A DNA stretch of 50,832 bases from the NCBI GenBank assembly GCA_903827975.1, contig CAIKKG010000014.1, positions 1 through 50,832 of the forward strand. The letters are read 5' to 3'. The notes under the pieces are model-generated. The model did not search any database. It saw nothing but the letters and a program-made list of their open reading frames with translations, and had not been told where the DNA came from. Position numbers and translations under genes: made by a program. Source of the stretch: an uncultured bacterium (lineage in GTDB: Bacteria > Patescibacteriota > Minisyncoccia > UBA6257 > GWB1-50-10). Of the stretch, positions 19,056 through 28,889 are shown piece after piece (positions within the stretch are counted from its first letter, which is position 1; each line of letters starts with the position of its first letter).

Positions 19056-20549
19056 TTATTTTTTTAGAACTGAACCAGCTAGTAGGTGCATTGACTTGCC
19101 ATCATTTAATGCGAGCTCACCATTTATAAACACGTGCGTTGGTTCAAAATTAGATAGGATTGTAATGTCAGCAAAATAACCCTCTTCAATTTTACCGCGA
19201 TTTTTTATTCCGTACTTTTGAGCTGGAATTGATGTGGACTTATGAATAGCCTTTTCAACACTTAGTAATTTTGAGCCGTCAGCAAATCTCAAAAATGAAG
19301 GAAATGTCTCTGTGCTTGGTGTAAACTTGAACTCCTTTTTACCAAATGCTGCGCTGTTTGTTGAAATTATTGAGTTTGGGTGTGCTAGAAAAGAGTTTAG
19401 TGTGTCAGTGTCAACATTTTTTATCGCCAAAGTCGCCCTTAGATGCGTAAGCTCCATAATTTTTAATATTCCCTCCTCATATTTTATTCCGTTACGAAGC
19501 GAGAATTCCTTTATTGACTTGCCTTCCAAATATTTTAGTGACGGGTCTGTTACGTGCGTAATAAAGCAATCTCGTGGAGCATTCTCCTTGAGGTATGGTA
19601 GAAGCCTTTCTCTGCCAGCTCTAGTTAATGCTTTCTTATGCATTATTTCTATATTCTCCTCATTAAACCATTTAGGAAGTAGTTCATAAATTAATGATGG
19701 AATTGAATCAAAAGGATTAACATCAAAATTTATGCGGTGTCTCGCCGACTCTTTTTCTATTCTTTTCGCCGCTTCTTCGTATAGGTTTTTATATTTCTTT
19801 AAAGGTTGTAAGTGTTGTATTTCTATATTTGCATTTGTTTCATCCGCTAATTCAAGTGTCTCATCTATCGCGGAATTAAGTCCTTCTTGTGTGTCTCGTA
19901 AGTGAGTTGCATATACAGCATTATGACTTGAAACGGTCTTAACCAGTTCTTTCAATTCTGAAAAAGGTGTTCTTATTGCGTGCGTGTGTTCTAATCCTAC
20001 CGAAAGTCCAAATGCACCTTCCTTTATAGAATCGCTAACCATTTTTTTCAACATCTCTAATTCACTTTCTGTAAGATCTCTAAACTTATTTTGAGTTATT
20101 GCTCTACGCATTGATGTGTGACCAACCAATGTGCCAAAATTAACTCCAATCTTTCTTTTTGAAAGCGTTGAGAGAAAATCTTTTACTGAGTGCCAGTTTA
20201 TATTTGTCCCCATTACATTTCCCCACTCTCTAATAGATTCGAGCGAGCCATTTAAAATCGGAGCAAGTGATACGCCACAATTTCCACCTATAATTGTAGT
20301 TATTCCTTGTTTAATAAAATCCTCTTGGTGAGGCTCATAGAAAATAGACATGTGGTGATCCGAGTGCGATGTTATATCTATAAAGCCAGGCATGACAGAT
20401 GCGCCTCCCGCATCAATTACTACATCAGCTTGTTCGCGAGAAAGCGTACCGCATTTAGCTATATATTTTCCTCGTATTAAAATATCTCTTCTGGACGGCG
20501 CAGAACCGCTTCCGTCATAAACTAGGCCGTTTTTAATAAGCGTTTTCAT
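19056..20549 (-). CDS. N-acyl-D-amino-acid deacylase-family amidohydrolase (apparently degenerate site)
   Basis: IKNGLVYDGSG, PGFID, GITT...GNCG, THLR, RGKIEEGYFADI. Confidence 0.85.
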   Translation of the reverse strand: MKTLIKNGLVYDGSGSAPSRRDILIRGKYIAKCGTLSREQADVVIDAGGASVMPGFIDITSHSDHHMSIFYEPHQEDFIKQGITTIIGGNCGVSLAPILNGSLESIREWGNVMGTNINWHSVKDFLSTLSKRKIGVNFGTLVGHTSMRRAITQNKFRDLTESELEMLKKMVSDSIKEGAFGLSVGLEHTHAIRTPFSELKELVKTVSSHNAVYATHLRDTQEGLNSAIDETLELADETNANIEIQHLQPLKKYKNLYEEAAKRIEKESARHRINFDVNPFDSIPSLIYELLPKWFNEENIEIMHKKALTRAGRERLLPYLKENAPRDCFITHVTDPSLKYLEGKSIKEFSLRNGIKYEEGILKIMELTHLRATLAIKNVDTDTLNSFLAHPNSIISTNSAAFGKKEFKFTPSTETFPSFLRFADGSKLLSVEKAIHKSTSIPAQKYGIKNRGKIEEGYFADITILSNFEPTHVFINGELALNDGKSMHLLAGSVLKK

Positions 20550-20574
20550 TTACTATATTATTTTAGCATTTTAC

Positions 20575-21621
20575 CTACAAAAATCTTTCTAAAAAGAAAA
20601 GTGCAAGACCTATTATCGTTGTCACAATAGAAATAATCCAAAAACGCATTGTAATCTGACTCTCTGGCCAGCCGAGTGCTTCGAAGTGGTGATGAATAGG
20701 GGTCGAGAGAAAAACCTTCTTATGCCTTACTTTTTTGCTTATCACCTGGATTATTACCGTTGCCGATTCAAAGATAAGTATTGAGCCAAAAAATGGAAGA
20801 AAGAGTGCTGTATTTGTAAGCATGACCATAACACCGAGCGTTATGCCAAGTGACATTGAGCCGGTATCACCCATAAAGAATCTGGCTGGATGAATATTGA
20901 ACCAGAGGAATGCAAGAATGGCGCCAAGTATTACAGCATTCATTGCTGCAAGATCAAAGCGATGCATCGCAAATGAAATTACTGCGAGTGCTCCAAATGC
21001 AAAAAATAAAGTTCCAGCTGCAAGCCCATCGAGGCCATCCGTCTCATTTGTTGAAAATGCTGTGGCGATTAAAATAAAAAGGAAAAATGGTATGTACCAC
21101 CAACCCATAGTTATATTCCCGTAAAAAGGAACGTATAGAGTATTCCAACCAAGGCGGAAGTAGAACCACCAGGCTCCAACCGCAGAAATAGCTGTATATA
21201 AAATTAATTTTTGTTTAACGCTCAATCCTCCTCCATGAGGACCTTTTCCCATAATTCCGTAAATGTCGTCAATTAAGCCTATTATCGCCGCAAAGAAAAG
21301 CGATGCGAGCGGAAGATATGTTTCTGATCTGCTTACAAAATTAAAATAGTTGGCAAACCCTGCAAATAATTTTTGTAGTATGAAAAATAATAATGCCAGC
21401 CCTATTACTGTTCCCCATATAATTATTCCTCCCATTGTCGGAGTATCAGCCTTTTTCTTGTGGAACTGGTAGAAAATCGGAGCACTACTCTCATCTCTAA
21501 TATTTGTTTTCTTAATGTTCAACTTTTTAAGTAGGGCAACAACGAATGGCGTTAAAAACATCGCCACAACGAATCCGAGTGCAAACAATATAAGAATGCG
21601 AATTGCTTCAAAAATAATCAT
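20575..21621 (-). CDS. mraY: phospho-N-acetylmuramoyl-pentapeptide transferase
   Basis: TPTMGG, IDD, N.TDGLDGL, FMGDTGS, PIHHHFE. Confidence 0.98.
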   Translation of the reverse strand: MIIFEAIRILILFALGFVVAMFLTPFVVALLKKLNIKKTNIRDESSAPIFYQFHKKKADTPTMGGIIIWGTVIGLALLFFILQKLFAGFANYFNFVSRSETYLPLASLFFAAIIGLIDDIYGIMGKGPHGGGLSVKQKLILYTAISAVGAWWFYFRLGWNTLYVPFYGNITMGWWYIPFFLFILIATAFSTNETDGLDGLAAGTLFFAFGALAVISFAMHRFDLAAMNAVILGAILAFLWFNIHPARFFMGDTGSMSLGITLGVMVMLTNTALFLPFFGSILIFESATVIIQVISKKVRHKKVFLSTPIHHHFEALGWPESQITMRFWIISIVTTIIGLALFFLERFL

Positions 21622-21622
21622 T

Positions 21623-22567
21623 TTAGTTAAATATGTATGCTTGATTTATCCAGTCTAGAATTTTGTCTGTCTGTGTAATTCGGTTATGTGTTCCGAGGAT
21701 AATGTATATTATACGGTCATTATTAAATGAGAAAAGAGCTAGTAGATTTTCTCTAGCTTCAGGTGATGTTCCAGTCTTACCACCAAGAAATCTTGTTTGA
21801 GCTGCAAAATCATTAATGTTCCGCACATCCCTACTTACAGATGTATTTACTGGTTGGACTCTTATTGTTTGTAGTCGTGTCCAGTCAATAATTTCAGGAT
21901 GTTTTTCGATAAGATACTTAGCCAATTTTAGTAAGTCTCCAGTAGTAGAAATATTTTTTTCTGAGAGGCCAGAGCCATCAAAAAAAGTAGTATGAGTCAT
22001 TTCTAGTTCAAGTGCTTTTTTATTTTGCATTGCTGAGAATAAGTCTCTACCACCAGCATATTCTTCAAATGCCGTCGCTGCACGATTTGAAGAGACCATG
22101 AGCATTATTTTCATGAGATCTTCAGATGAATAAGACTCACCACTTTTTAATTCTCCAGCAATCCCCTCAACTGAAACGGCTGTTTTTGAGATTGGGATTT
22201 TTTTATTAAGCCCATATTCTTCTGTTATAACAATCGCAGTCATTAATTTCGTAAGAGATGCAATTGGCCATTGTTTTTCTGTGTTGTAATTAAAAAGCGG
22301 AAAATCTGAGTTGAGTGACTCAACTAAAATTGATTCAGCATCAACCTGCGGATCAAGCACGTCCATTTTGCGTACAGGAATTTTGCGTACGTCTTTTTTC
22401 GTTTCTTCTTGAACAATCGTCTGAGTTGTTCCGGTGTCAACGGTTGCTGATGCAACTTTTGCTTCTGAATTAAAATCACTAACTATGTTTGAAGAAAATA
22501 TTTTTGCCAGTAGCAGTGTTATTGAAATAACGCTTACCGCGATTATTAGTTGTGATCGTGGTTTCAT
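21623..22567 (-). CDS. D-alanyl-D-alanine carboxypeptidase (S11)
   Basis: SxxK (ASLTK), SxN (SSN), KTG motifs; N-terminal TM. Confidence 0.92.
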   Translation of the reverse strand: MKPRSQLIIAVSVISITLLLAKIFSSNIVSDFNSEAKVASATVDTGTTQTIVQEETKKDVRKIPVRKMDVLDPQVDAESILVESLNSDFPLFNYNTEKQWPIASLTKLMTAIVITEEYGLNKKIPISKTAVSVEGIAGELKSGESYSSEDLMKIMLMVSSNRAATAFEEYAGGRDLFSAMQNKKALELEMTHTTFFDGSGLSEKNISTTGDLLKLAKYLIEKHPEIIDWTRLQTIRVQPVNTSVSRDVRNINDFAAQTRFLGGKTGTSPEARENLLALFSFNNDRIIYIILGTHNRITQTDKILDWINQAYIFN

Positions 22568-22569
22568 TT

Positions 22570-23145
22570 TTATTGCTCTGTAGGAATTTGTACCGGCTTT
22601 ATTTCAACTGGCTTTTGTAATTGCTCTTCATATTGATGAAGTGTTTCCTTGTATTTATCGTATTCCGGCAACTGCTCGACAGACGTAAGTCCCATGTGTT
22701 TCAAAAATCTCTCGGTTATTCTGTAATGGAATGAATTACCCTTCTCATCTCCACGCTCAACCAAACCCCTCATTACAAGGCTTCTAATTGTAAAACTGGA
22801 ATTTACACCACGAATATAATCAACCGTTGCTCTAGGAACCGGACCAAGATATGCAATAAGTGACAATGTTTCAAGTGCTGCTGGTGTAAGTTGTTCACGG
22901 AACTCATCCTTAATAATTGCCTCACCTATGTGTGTAAGTTCTGGCTTAGTTACTAACTGAACCTTATTTTCCTTACGAAGTAATAAAAGTCCTCGTGCCT
23001 CACTTTCATGTAGTGTTTTTTCAATTTCAGTGATGGCTGTTTCACAATCAACCTCCTCAATTTTTAAAATTTCGGAAATCTTTTTTATTTCGATTGCTTC
23101 TCCGTAATAAAATAGAACTGCTTCAATTTGTGCAATAATGTTCAT
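22570..23145 (-). CDS. scpB: segregation and condensation protein B
   Basis: IEAVLF, LTPAALETL..IAY, IRGVNS. Confidence 0.95.
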   Translation of the reverse strand: MNIIAQIEAVLFYYGEAIEIKKISEILKIEEVDCETAITEIEKTLHESEARGLLLLRKENKVQLVTKPELTHIGEAIIKDEFREQLTPAALETLSLIAYLGPVPRATVDYIRGVNSSFTIRSLVMRGLVERGDEKGNSFHYRITERFLKHMGLTSVEQLPEYDKYKETLHQYEEQLQKPVEIKPVQIPTEQ

Positions 23146-23150
23146 AATAA

Positions 23151-23933
23151 TTATTCTGGCTCTATATCACTATTGTATTCGTCGACATTGTTTTTCGCAA
23201 TTGTTATCTCCTCAAAATGCCCTGCTTGTTCAACTTGAACGAGCTGTTGTTTTATTAGATGCAAAATAGCCAGGAACAGAACAACTATTTCTCCGCGTGT
23301 TCCGCTCCCGCCATGTAGTTTATCAAATGTAGTTGGCGCACTTGTGAGTCGCGCTGCAATTTCCTGAATCTTTGCGCGAAGATTTACAATCTGGTTCTTC
23401 ACTGTGGCCTTGGGCTTAAAGAGCTGTTCAAGATCTCCAACAATCTTTTGAATTGGGGCTAGCATGTCGCTCGGTGTTAGTCCGCTTGGAGGATAGAACA
23501 AAGGCTCATCAGATGTTAAAAATTCGCGTGAGTACATCTGTGGCGTCTCGCTCCATAGCGCTGTTATGTGTTCCTGTGTTTTCTTAAATTCACGATAAAG
23601 TGTGAGTCTGTGTTCAAGATCCTTAATCTCACCTTCTTCCTCTTCACTTAATTCAAGCGATGGTAATAAGGACTTAGATTTAATTAAAAGTAATCTTGAA
23701 GCAACAACTAGAAAATCAGCAAGAAGTTCTGGTGGTGCATCAAAAAGCGGAGAGTCCTCGTTAGTGATGTTTTCTGTAAGAGCTATCTTAAACTGATCAA
23801 GATAGTTTAAAAAATCATTAGTAACGTTCGCAAGGTTTATCTGCGAGACTTCCATCTTTTTCTCCTCAATCAAACTGAGCAGTTTGTCTAGAGGACCCTG
23901 AAAATATTCTAAGTGCAATTCAAAATTTTGCAT
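23151..23933 (-). CDS. scpA: segregation and condensation protein A
   Basis: FQGPLD.LL.LI, LLLIKSKSLLP, FLAILHL. Confidence 0.95.
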   Translation of the reverse strand: MQNFELHLEYFQGPLDKLLSLIEEKKMEVSQINLANVTNDFLNYLDQFKIALTENITNEDSPLFDAPPELLADFLVVASRLLLIKSKSLLPSLELSEEEEGEIKDLEHRLTLYREFKKTQEHITALWSETPQMYSREFLTSDEPLFYPPSGLTPSDMLAPIQKIVGDLEQLFKPKATVKNQIVNLRAKIQEIAARLTSAPTTFDKLHGGSGTRGEIVVLFLAILHLIKQQLVQVEQAGHFEEITIAKNNVDEYNSDIEPE

Positions 23934-23942
23934 TTCGTAATT

Positions 23943-24938
23943 TTATCCGTGGCGAATAACCATCACATCTCCGTCCTGTACTATGTAATCCTTTCCCTCA
24001 AGACGCATCCAGCCTTTTTGTTTTGACTGACTCCAACCTCCCGCCTCCATTAATTTTTGCCAGTTAACAACCTCCGCGCGAATAAATGTTTTTTCAAAAT
24101 CAGTGTGGATTGTTCCTGCAGCCTGAGGTGCTTTCCAACCACGCTCAATTGTCCATGCGCGTGTCTCATCCTCACCAGTTGTTAGGAAACTTATTAAATC
24201 AAGAATCTCATACGCCTTTTTAATTAGCTCATCTATATTTTCCGCACTCGCCAAATTCATTGTTATGTAGCCACCACCAACTTCTTCAATTTTCTTTTTT
24301 AATTCTTCTGAAACATCATCCTCATCACCATTTAATAAAAAGACCTGCTCCTTTGCGGTAAGTAGTTCTAAGTCACGCACGATATCTTCGTGTTTATATT
24401 TTTTTGCTGTATTCCCTCTTTCTAAATCCTCTTTTACAGATTTTAAAACACCCGCATCATGTGCCGCCTTTTTATCTCCTGAGCGTACGTCCTTATCAAG
24501 CTTATCTAATCGCTTTGTAACAGTTTCTAAATCTTTAAATATTAATTCAGTGGCGATGATGTCCATATCGCGCAATGGATCAGTTGTTCCCTCAACGTGG
24601 ATTATATCTCCAAGTGGAAAACAACGAAGCACCTGAACAATCGCCTTACATTCACGAATATTTGCCAAAAATTGATTACCAAGCCCCTCACCCTCGCTCG
24701 CGCCTTTTACTAGTCCCGCGATATCATAAAACTCAACAACTGCTGGAACCTTCTTTTTTGAATTAGAAAGCTTTGCTAATTGTTCAATACGCTCGTCTGG
24801 AACTGTAACCACGCCGACATTCGGATCTATGGTTGCAAAAGGATAGTTTGCGATGTGCACCTCCTGCTTTGTTAAAATTTTGAAAAGTGTTGATTTGCCT
24901 ACGTTTGGAAGTCCAACAATTCCTATGGATAGTTTCAT
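23943..24938 (-). CDS. ychF: redox-regulated ATPase YchF
   Basis: [38 protein letters not shown]-terminus. Confidence 0.98.
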   Translation of the reverse strand: MKLSIGIVGLPNVGKSTLFKILTKQEVHIANYPFATIDPNVGVVTVPDERIEQLAKLSNSKKKVPAVVEFYDIAGLVKGASEGEGLGNQFLANIRECKAIVQVLRCFPLGDIIHVEGTTDPLRDMDIIATELIFKDLETVTKRLDKLDKDVRSGDKKAAHDAGVLKSVKEDLERGNTAKKYKHEDIVRDLELLTAKEQVFLLNGDEDDVSEELKKKIEEVGGGYITMNLASAENIDELIKKAYEILDLISFLTTGEDETRAWTIERGWKAPQAAGTIHTDFEKTFIRAEVVNWQKLMEAGGWSQSKQKGWMRLEGKDYIVQDGDVMVIRHG

Positions 24939-24968
24939 ATTTTTCTTATTCTACCTCACTTATTTGAT

Positions 24969-25355
24969 TTATAAAAGACTGCGCAGTTCTGATAAAATTT
25001 CTTTAGGAATAGGGTCTCTTGATGGGCTTTTACCTGGATAACGCCAGGCAGTTATTACCCTAATTTTCTTATTGGGTAGAAAGTAATTTGCAATTGATTT
25101 TTCAACAAAATCTTTTTTTTCTGTGGGTGATTCCTTTTTGGGAGTAAAAATGGAATACATAACCCAGATTTCCTGCTGGCCTTTTGCACCAGCTGGTTGC
25201 ATTGCAGCAATAGTATCTTCAGCAACACCTTCTTCTACGCGCTTAGGAAACCGAATGATGCGCTTAATTCGTTGCTCAGAAATTGCATAATGTTGCATTT
25301 TTCCCCAAGCATGTGATGTCCAAGTATATTTGGAATCGTTTTTTGGAGGCTTCAT
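24969..25355 (-). CDS. hypothetical protein, possible DUF4258/BrnT-RelE-like fold
   Basis: WTSHA..KM, EIWVMY, IRVITAWR pattern. Confidence 0.5.
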   Translation of the reverse strand: MKPPKNDSKYTWTSHAWGKMQHYAISEQRIKRIIRFPKRVEEGVAEDTIAAMQPAGAKGQQEIWVMYSIFTPKKESPTEKKDFVEKSIANYFLPNKKIRVITAWRYPGKSPSRDPIPKEILSELRSLL

Positions 25356-25360
25356 TAAAT

Positions 25361-25912
25361 TTATTGCCTACCGTAAAGCCCGACGATGCTTGTGTGCGCA
25401 ATAATGTGTTTTTCCATTGCGCGGAGTAATTCTTCTTTATTTGCTCCCTGAGCAAGTGTTAGTGATTCGCTTAGTGCGTAAAGCGTGAACACATAATGAT
25501 GTGCGGGCTTTCCCTTCTGTGGACATGGCCCCCCATATTTTTGCTTACCCCAACTGTTAGCACCAAAAATAGCATTAGAAGGAAGATTGTCTTCTGAAAT
25601 ATACTGAGTCTTTGGGTCTATGTTCCAAACTATCCAGTGATCAAAAGGAACGCCACGGGAGGCATCGGGGTCGTCCATAATTAGAGCCAGAGATTTTGCT
25701 TCAGCTGGAACGTTTCGGATTTCCAAAAGTGGATTCACATCCTCGCCATCGCAAGTGTATTTTGAGGGAATCATCTCCCCCTCCTTAAATGCCGAGCTTT
25801 TTAATTTAAATTCATTCATGGTTTGTTCTCCTGTCATTATTTGTTTTGCCGGCATCAGGTATATAAATACACCTAATAGTATTAATAAAATGGTTAATGA
25901 GGCCCACTTCAT
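25361..25912 (-). CDS. YbhB/YbcL (PEBP/RKIP) family protein
   Basis: KYTCDG, DDPDA, HW, YGGPCP, HHYVF; N-terminal TM. Confidence 0.93.
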   Translation of the reverse strand: MKWASLTILLILLGVFIYLMPAKQIMTGEQTMNEFKLKSSAFKEGEMIPSKYTCDGEDVNPLLEIRNVPAEAKSLALIMDDPDASRGVPFDHWIVWNIDPKTQYISEDNLPSNAIFGANSWGKQKYGGPCPQKGKPAHHYVFTLYALSESLTLAQGANKEELLRAMEKHIIAHTSIVGLYGRQ

Positions 25913-25919
25913 TTGTTCT

Positions 25920-25936
25920 ATTATACCATGTATAAT
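25920..25936. promoter_or_regulatory. back-to-back -10 boxes for the divergent YbhB-like gene and dnaX
   Basis: ATTATA-CCATG-TATAAT: a TATAAT on each strand, 7 and 9 nt from the two ATGs. Confidence 0.6.
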
Positions 25937-25945
25937 TCCCTTTGT

Positions 25946-27049
25946 ATGGCACTCGCATTATATCGCAAATATCGCCCATCCACGTTTGAGGACCTTCTTG
26001 GACAGGATATTATCTCGCGTATTTTGCGTGAGGAGGCAAGGCAGAACAAACTTGCGCACGCATATCTATTTGCTGGTTCTAGAGGTACTGGAAAAACTAC
26101 GACAGCAAGACTTGTTGCTAAGATTGCGAATTGCGAGAAACGTCAGAGTGATGAGAAATTCCGCGCAAAAGGAGAGCCATGTAATGCATGCAGAATGTGC
26201 TCTGAGATTGATGAGGGAAAAAACCTAGATGTAATTGAGATTGATGCCGCGTCAACACGTGGTATTGATGATATCCGCGACCTAAAGGAGAATGTGCGCG
26301 TCTCACCGAGTTATGCGCGTAATAAGGTATTTATTATCGACGAGGCTCATCAGCTTACAAAGGATGCATGGAATGCACTTCTTAAAACACTAGAAGAGCC
26401 ACCTGAGTATGTAATATTAATTCTCGCGACCACTGAGGCAGATAGAGTTCCAGCTACGATCATCTCACGCACACAACAGTTTCACTTTAAGCACATCTCG
26501 CTTACAACACTTGTTAAGAAGCTAAAGCATATTGCAAAAGAAGAAGGTATCGATATCTCTGATGATGCTTTAGAGCTCGTTGCATCTTCTGCGGAAGGAA
26601 GTTTCCGTGACGCGGAATCATTACTCGATCAGCTCGTTTCGTTTAATGATAAAAAGATAAGTATTACTGAGGTTGAATCAATGGTTGGAAAGATAGGATT
26701 TGATAAGCTTTCCGCATTTGCAGAACTTTTATTGGATAAGAATATTAAGGATTCGATAAGAATTCTTTCTGAGATTTATGACGGAGGATATAATATCGTG
26801 CAATTTACCAAGGATTTAATTCAGTATATGCGTCGCGTTGCAGTGCTCTCACATAATGCGGAAATGAAAGAAGTGTTTGCGAATGAGTTAATGGCAGACC
26901 ACGTATCTCGTTTAGAGGTTCACTCAAAAAAGTTCGAGGATAAACACATTTTGCTTCTTAAGAATCTTATTAAGGCATATGGGGAGATGCGCTATAGTCA
27001 GTTCCCTATCATTCCATTAGAGGTTGCGATAATTGAAAGCCTCAAATAA
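25946..27049 (+). CDS. dnaX: DNA polymerase III subunit gamma/tau (short form)
   Basis: ALYRKYRP, GSRGTGKTT, EIDAAS, IIDEAH, NALLKTLEEPP. Confidence 0.97.
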   Translation: MALALYRKYRPSTFEDLLGQDIISRILREEARQNKLAHAYLFAGSRGTGKTTTARLVAKIANCEKRQSDEKFRAKGEPCNACRMCSEIDEGKNLDVIEIDAASTRGIDDIRDLKENVRVSPSYARNKVFIIDEAHQLTKDAWNALLKTLEEPPEYVILILATTEADRVPATIISRTQQFHFKHISLTTLVKKLKHIAKEEGIDISDDALELVASSAEGSFRDAESLLDQLVSFNDKKISITEVESMVGKIGFDKLSAFAELLLDKNIKDSIRILSEIYDGGYNIVQFTKDLIQYMRRVAVLSHNAEMKEVFANELMADHVSRLEVHSKKFEDKHILLLKNLIKAYGEMRYSQFPIIPLEVAIIESLK

Positions 27050-27097
27050 GTGCTATTCACATTATTATTTTATTTTTAGAATTTGTTTTGTCCTAAT

Positions 27098-27727
27098 CTA
27101 TTCGCTCTGGTTAATCTTTTCAAATGAAGTCTTCCAATATTCTATAAGTTTGATTCCATCAATAAGCTCGATTCTTGGATCGCCTGAGGCTGCATATTTT
27201 GCCATTTCAGAAATATTACCAGTGGTTACAAAAAATCCTTTGTCGGCGTGATCATTAACATTTTTTATTGTTCCTAGAAAATCCCTAACATCGTGAGGAG
27301 TTACTTCTGTATTTTCACTATATTTCTTACATTGAATGAAATATATTTTCTCATCTTTTTTTGCTTTAATATCAATCCCGTGATCATTTGCACCACCAAC
27401 ATTAGTGGTTGTGTAGCCCAATCTACCAAACATTTCAGCTATCTTGTGTTCGAATTCTTGCGCCGGCATTCCTTTCAGCATGTAGAGTGTATCTTCATCG
27501 TCTAACTCCCATTTTGTTTTGGAGTATTTCATTTTCTTTCCTTTTGTGACTAAAAGAATTATTATTTTAATAGTAAGTATTCCTAAGCCAACATAAATTA
27601 ATATGCGCCAAAACATCGCACGATTTACAAAAAATAATATTACTAGTGAAACTATGGTAAATGGCGCAATGTCTATTCCAATGCTCCATAGTTTATCACT
27701 AGTACTTTTGTCTCTATTTCTTTTCAT
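27098..27727 (-). CDS. membrane-anchored Mrr-family restriction endonuclease
   Basis: Two N-terminal TMs; EFE...F...GY, D.GIDI, IQCKKY, GFFVTTG, IELIDG. Confidence 0.85.
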   Translation of the reverse strand: MKRNRDKSTSDKLWSIGIDIAPFTIVSLVILFFVNRAMFWRILIYVGLGILTIKIIILLVTKGKKMKYSKTKWELDDEDTLYMLKGMPAQEFEHKIAEMFGRLGYTTTNVGGANDHGIDIKAKKDEKIYFIQCKKYSENTEVTPHDVRDFLGTIKNVNDHADKGFFVTTGNISEMAKYAASGDPRIELIDGIKLIEYWKTSFEKINQSE

Positions 27728-27771
27728 TTTCTTAATTATACAATAATCCGCAAATCAATTATCTTATTAAA

Positions 27772-28045
27772 TTAACTTCCAAAAATAAATCCTCGCATAC
27801 CAATACTGCTATATATAATTCTCGCAGTAAATAACGGACCGACTACGATTTTTCTTTAAGACTTAAAATGTAGAGAATCAGCCAGTAGTTGCATGGTGTT
27901 GGTATCGCAACTTTTGCTGAAACCCTAAGTGAATGATAATTAATTCACTTCATAATTTTTTCCATGCTTCGGTGCACTGATTATCTTCTATTACATTCGT
28001 CGTACTTCCATGACCAACGAATATTGCTGGCATTTTTTCACTCAT
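27772..28045 (-). pseudogene. ygiD: remnant of 4,5-DOPA extradiol dioxygenase (YgiD/LigB family)
   Basis: Minus strand gives MSEKMPAIFVGHGSTTNVIEDNQCTEAWKKL*, then SAKVAIPTPCNYWLILYIL and IIYSSIGMRGFIFGS*, matching the YgiD N- and C-termini; middle missing, stops and frameshifts present. Confidence 0.8.
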
Positions 28046-28872
28046 TAGATTTTATATGTGTTTTTGAACTGAGTTGTTAGGTATGGTTTTAGAGTCTCCC
28101 AATCAAGTGTAAATTCCGGCGCTCCTGATGAGCCTGGTGCAACCTGATACTCACTAAATACAAATGTAATTCCACCATCATTAATTACAAAGTTCTGGAA
28201 ATTAGATGGGAAAAAGAATCCGTCGCAGTGACACTTTTCTTTATCGAGTGTTACTCCATCTGGCTTTAGATATGCAAGTCCTAGTCCGCTATCAATCATC
28301 TCCCTATCACTATACGCACCAGCATCAGCATATATTTTATCTGAAAGAACTCTGGATAGCGCAATGTCATTATTGTTATCTACAAAATTTATAATTGCAT
28401 CAATCGCTAACTGGCCTGTTTTATCAAATGTAAATGTGGTAATCGTAGTGTTCCCATTAGCACCTCCAGTGAATTCATATGTTGAGAATACATAAGAAAC
28501 AGTTCCGAATTTTTTAGACTCGGCTTTTGTATAACTTATGAAGTACTGATACTCCATTTTTGGTCTGTCAGGAAAATCAATATTTGTTTGTTGCTCAGCT
28601 TTATAGGTTTCACCACCAATCTTCCAGTCTTCTTTTTTCTGTGCAACCTGATATTTAACAAATCTCTCCATTGCGCCACTCGTGTCCAATACTTCAATTG
28701 GATATGCGGTGTTTATGGTGTAGAAATCAGTTTTTTCCACAATACTTTTTTCAGTTGTTGAGGTAGCGATTCCGCTATTAACGGTAATCTGAATATTTTT
28801 TGGTGAGTAATAATAAATAACCGCAATAATTAGAACAAACAAAAGTGAGATAGGAATAAGATATTTCTTCAT
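28045..28872 (-). CDS. DUF3298/RsiV-like exported protein
   Basis: N-terminal TM; YEFTGGANG, NF.I...GITF.FSEYQVAP. Confidence 0.8.
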   Translation of the reverse strand: MKKYLIPISLLFVLIIAVIYYYSPKNIQITVNSGIATSTTEKSIVEKTDFYTINTAYPIEVLDTSGAMERFVKYQVAQKKEDWKIGGETYKAEQQTNIDFPDRPKMEYQYFISYTKAESKKFGTVSYVFSTYEFTGGANGNTTITTFTFDKTGQLAIDAIINFVDNNNDIALSRVLSDKIYADAGAYSDREMIDSGLGLAYLKPDGVTLDKEKCHCDGFFFPSNFQNFVINDGGITFVFSEYQVAPGSSGAPEFTLDWETLKPYLTTQFKNTYKI

Positions 28873-28889
28873 GTGTATATATATTTATT

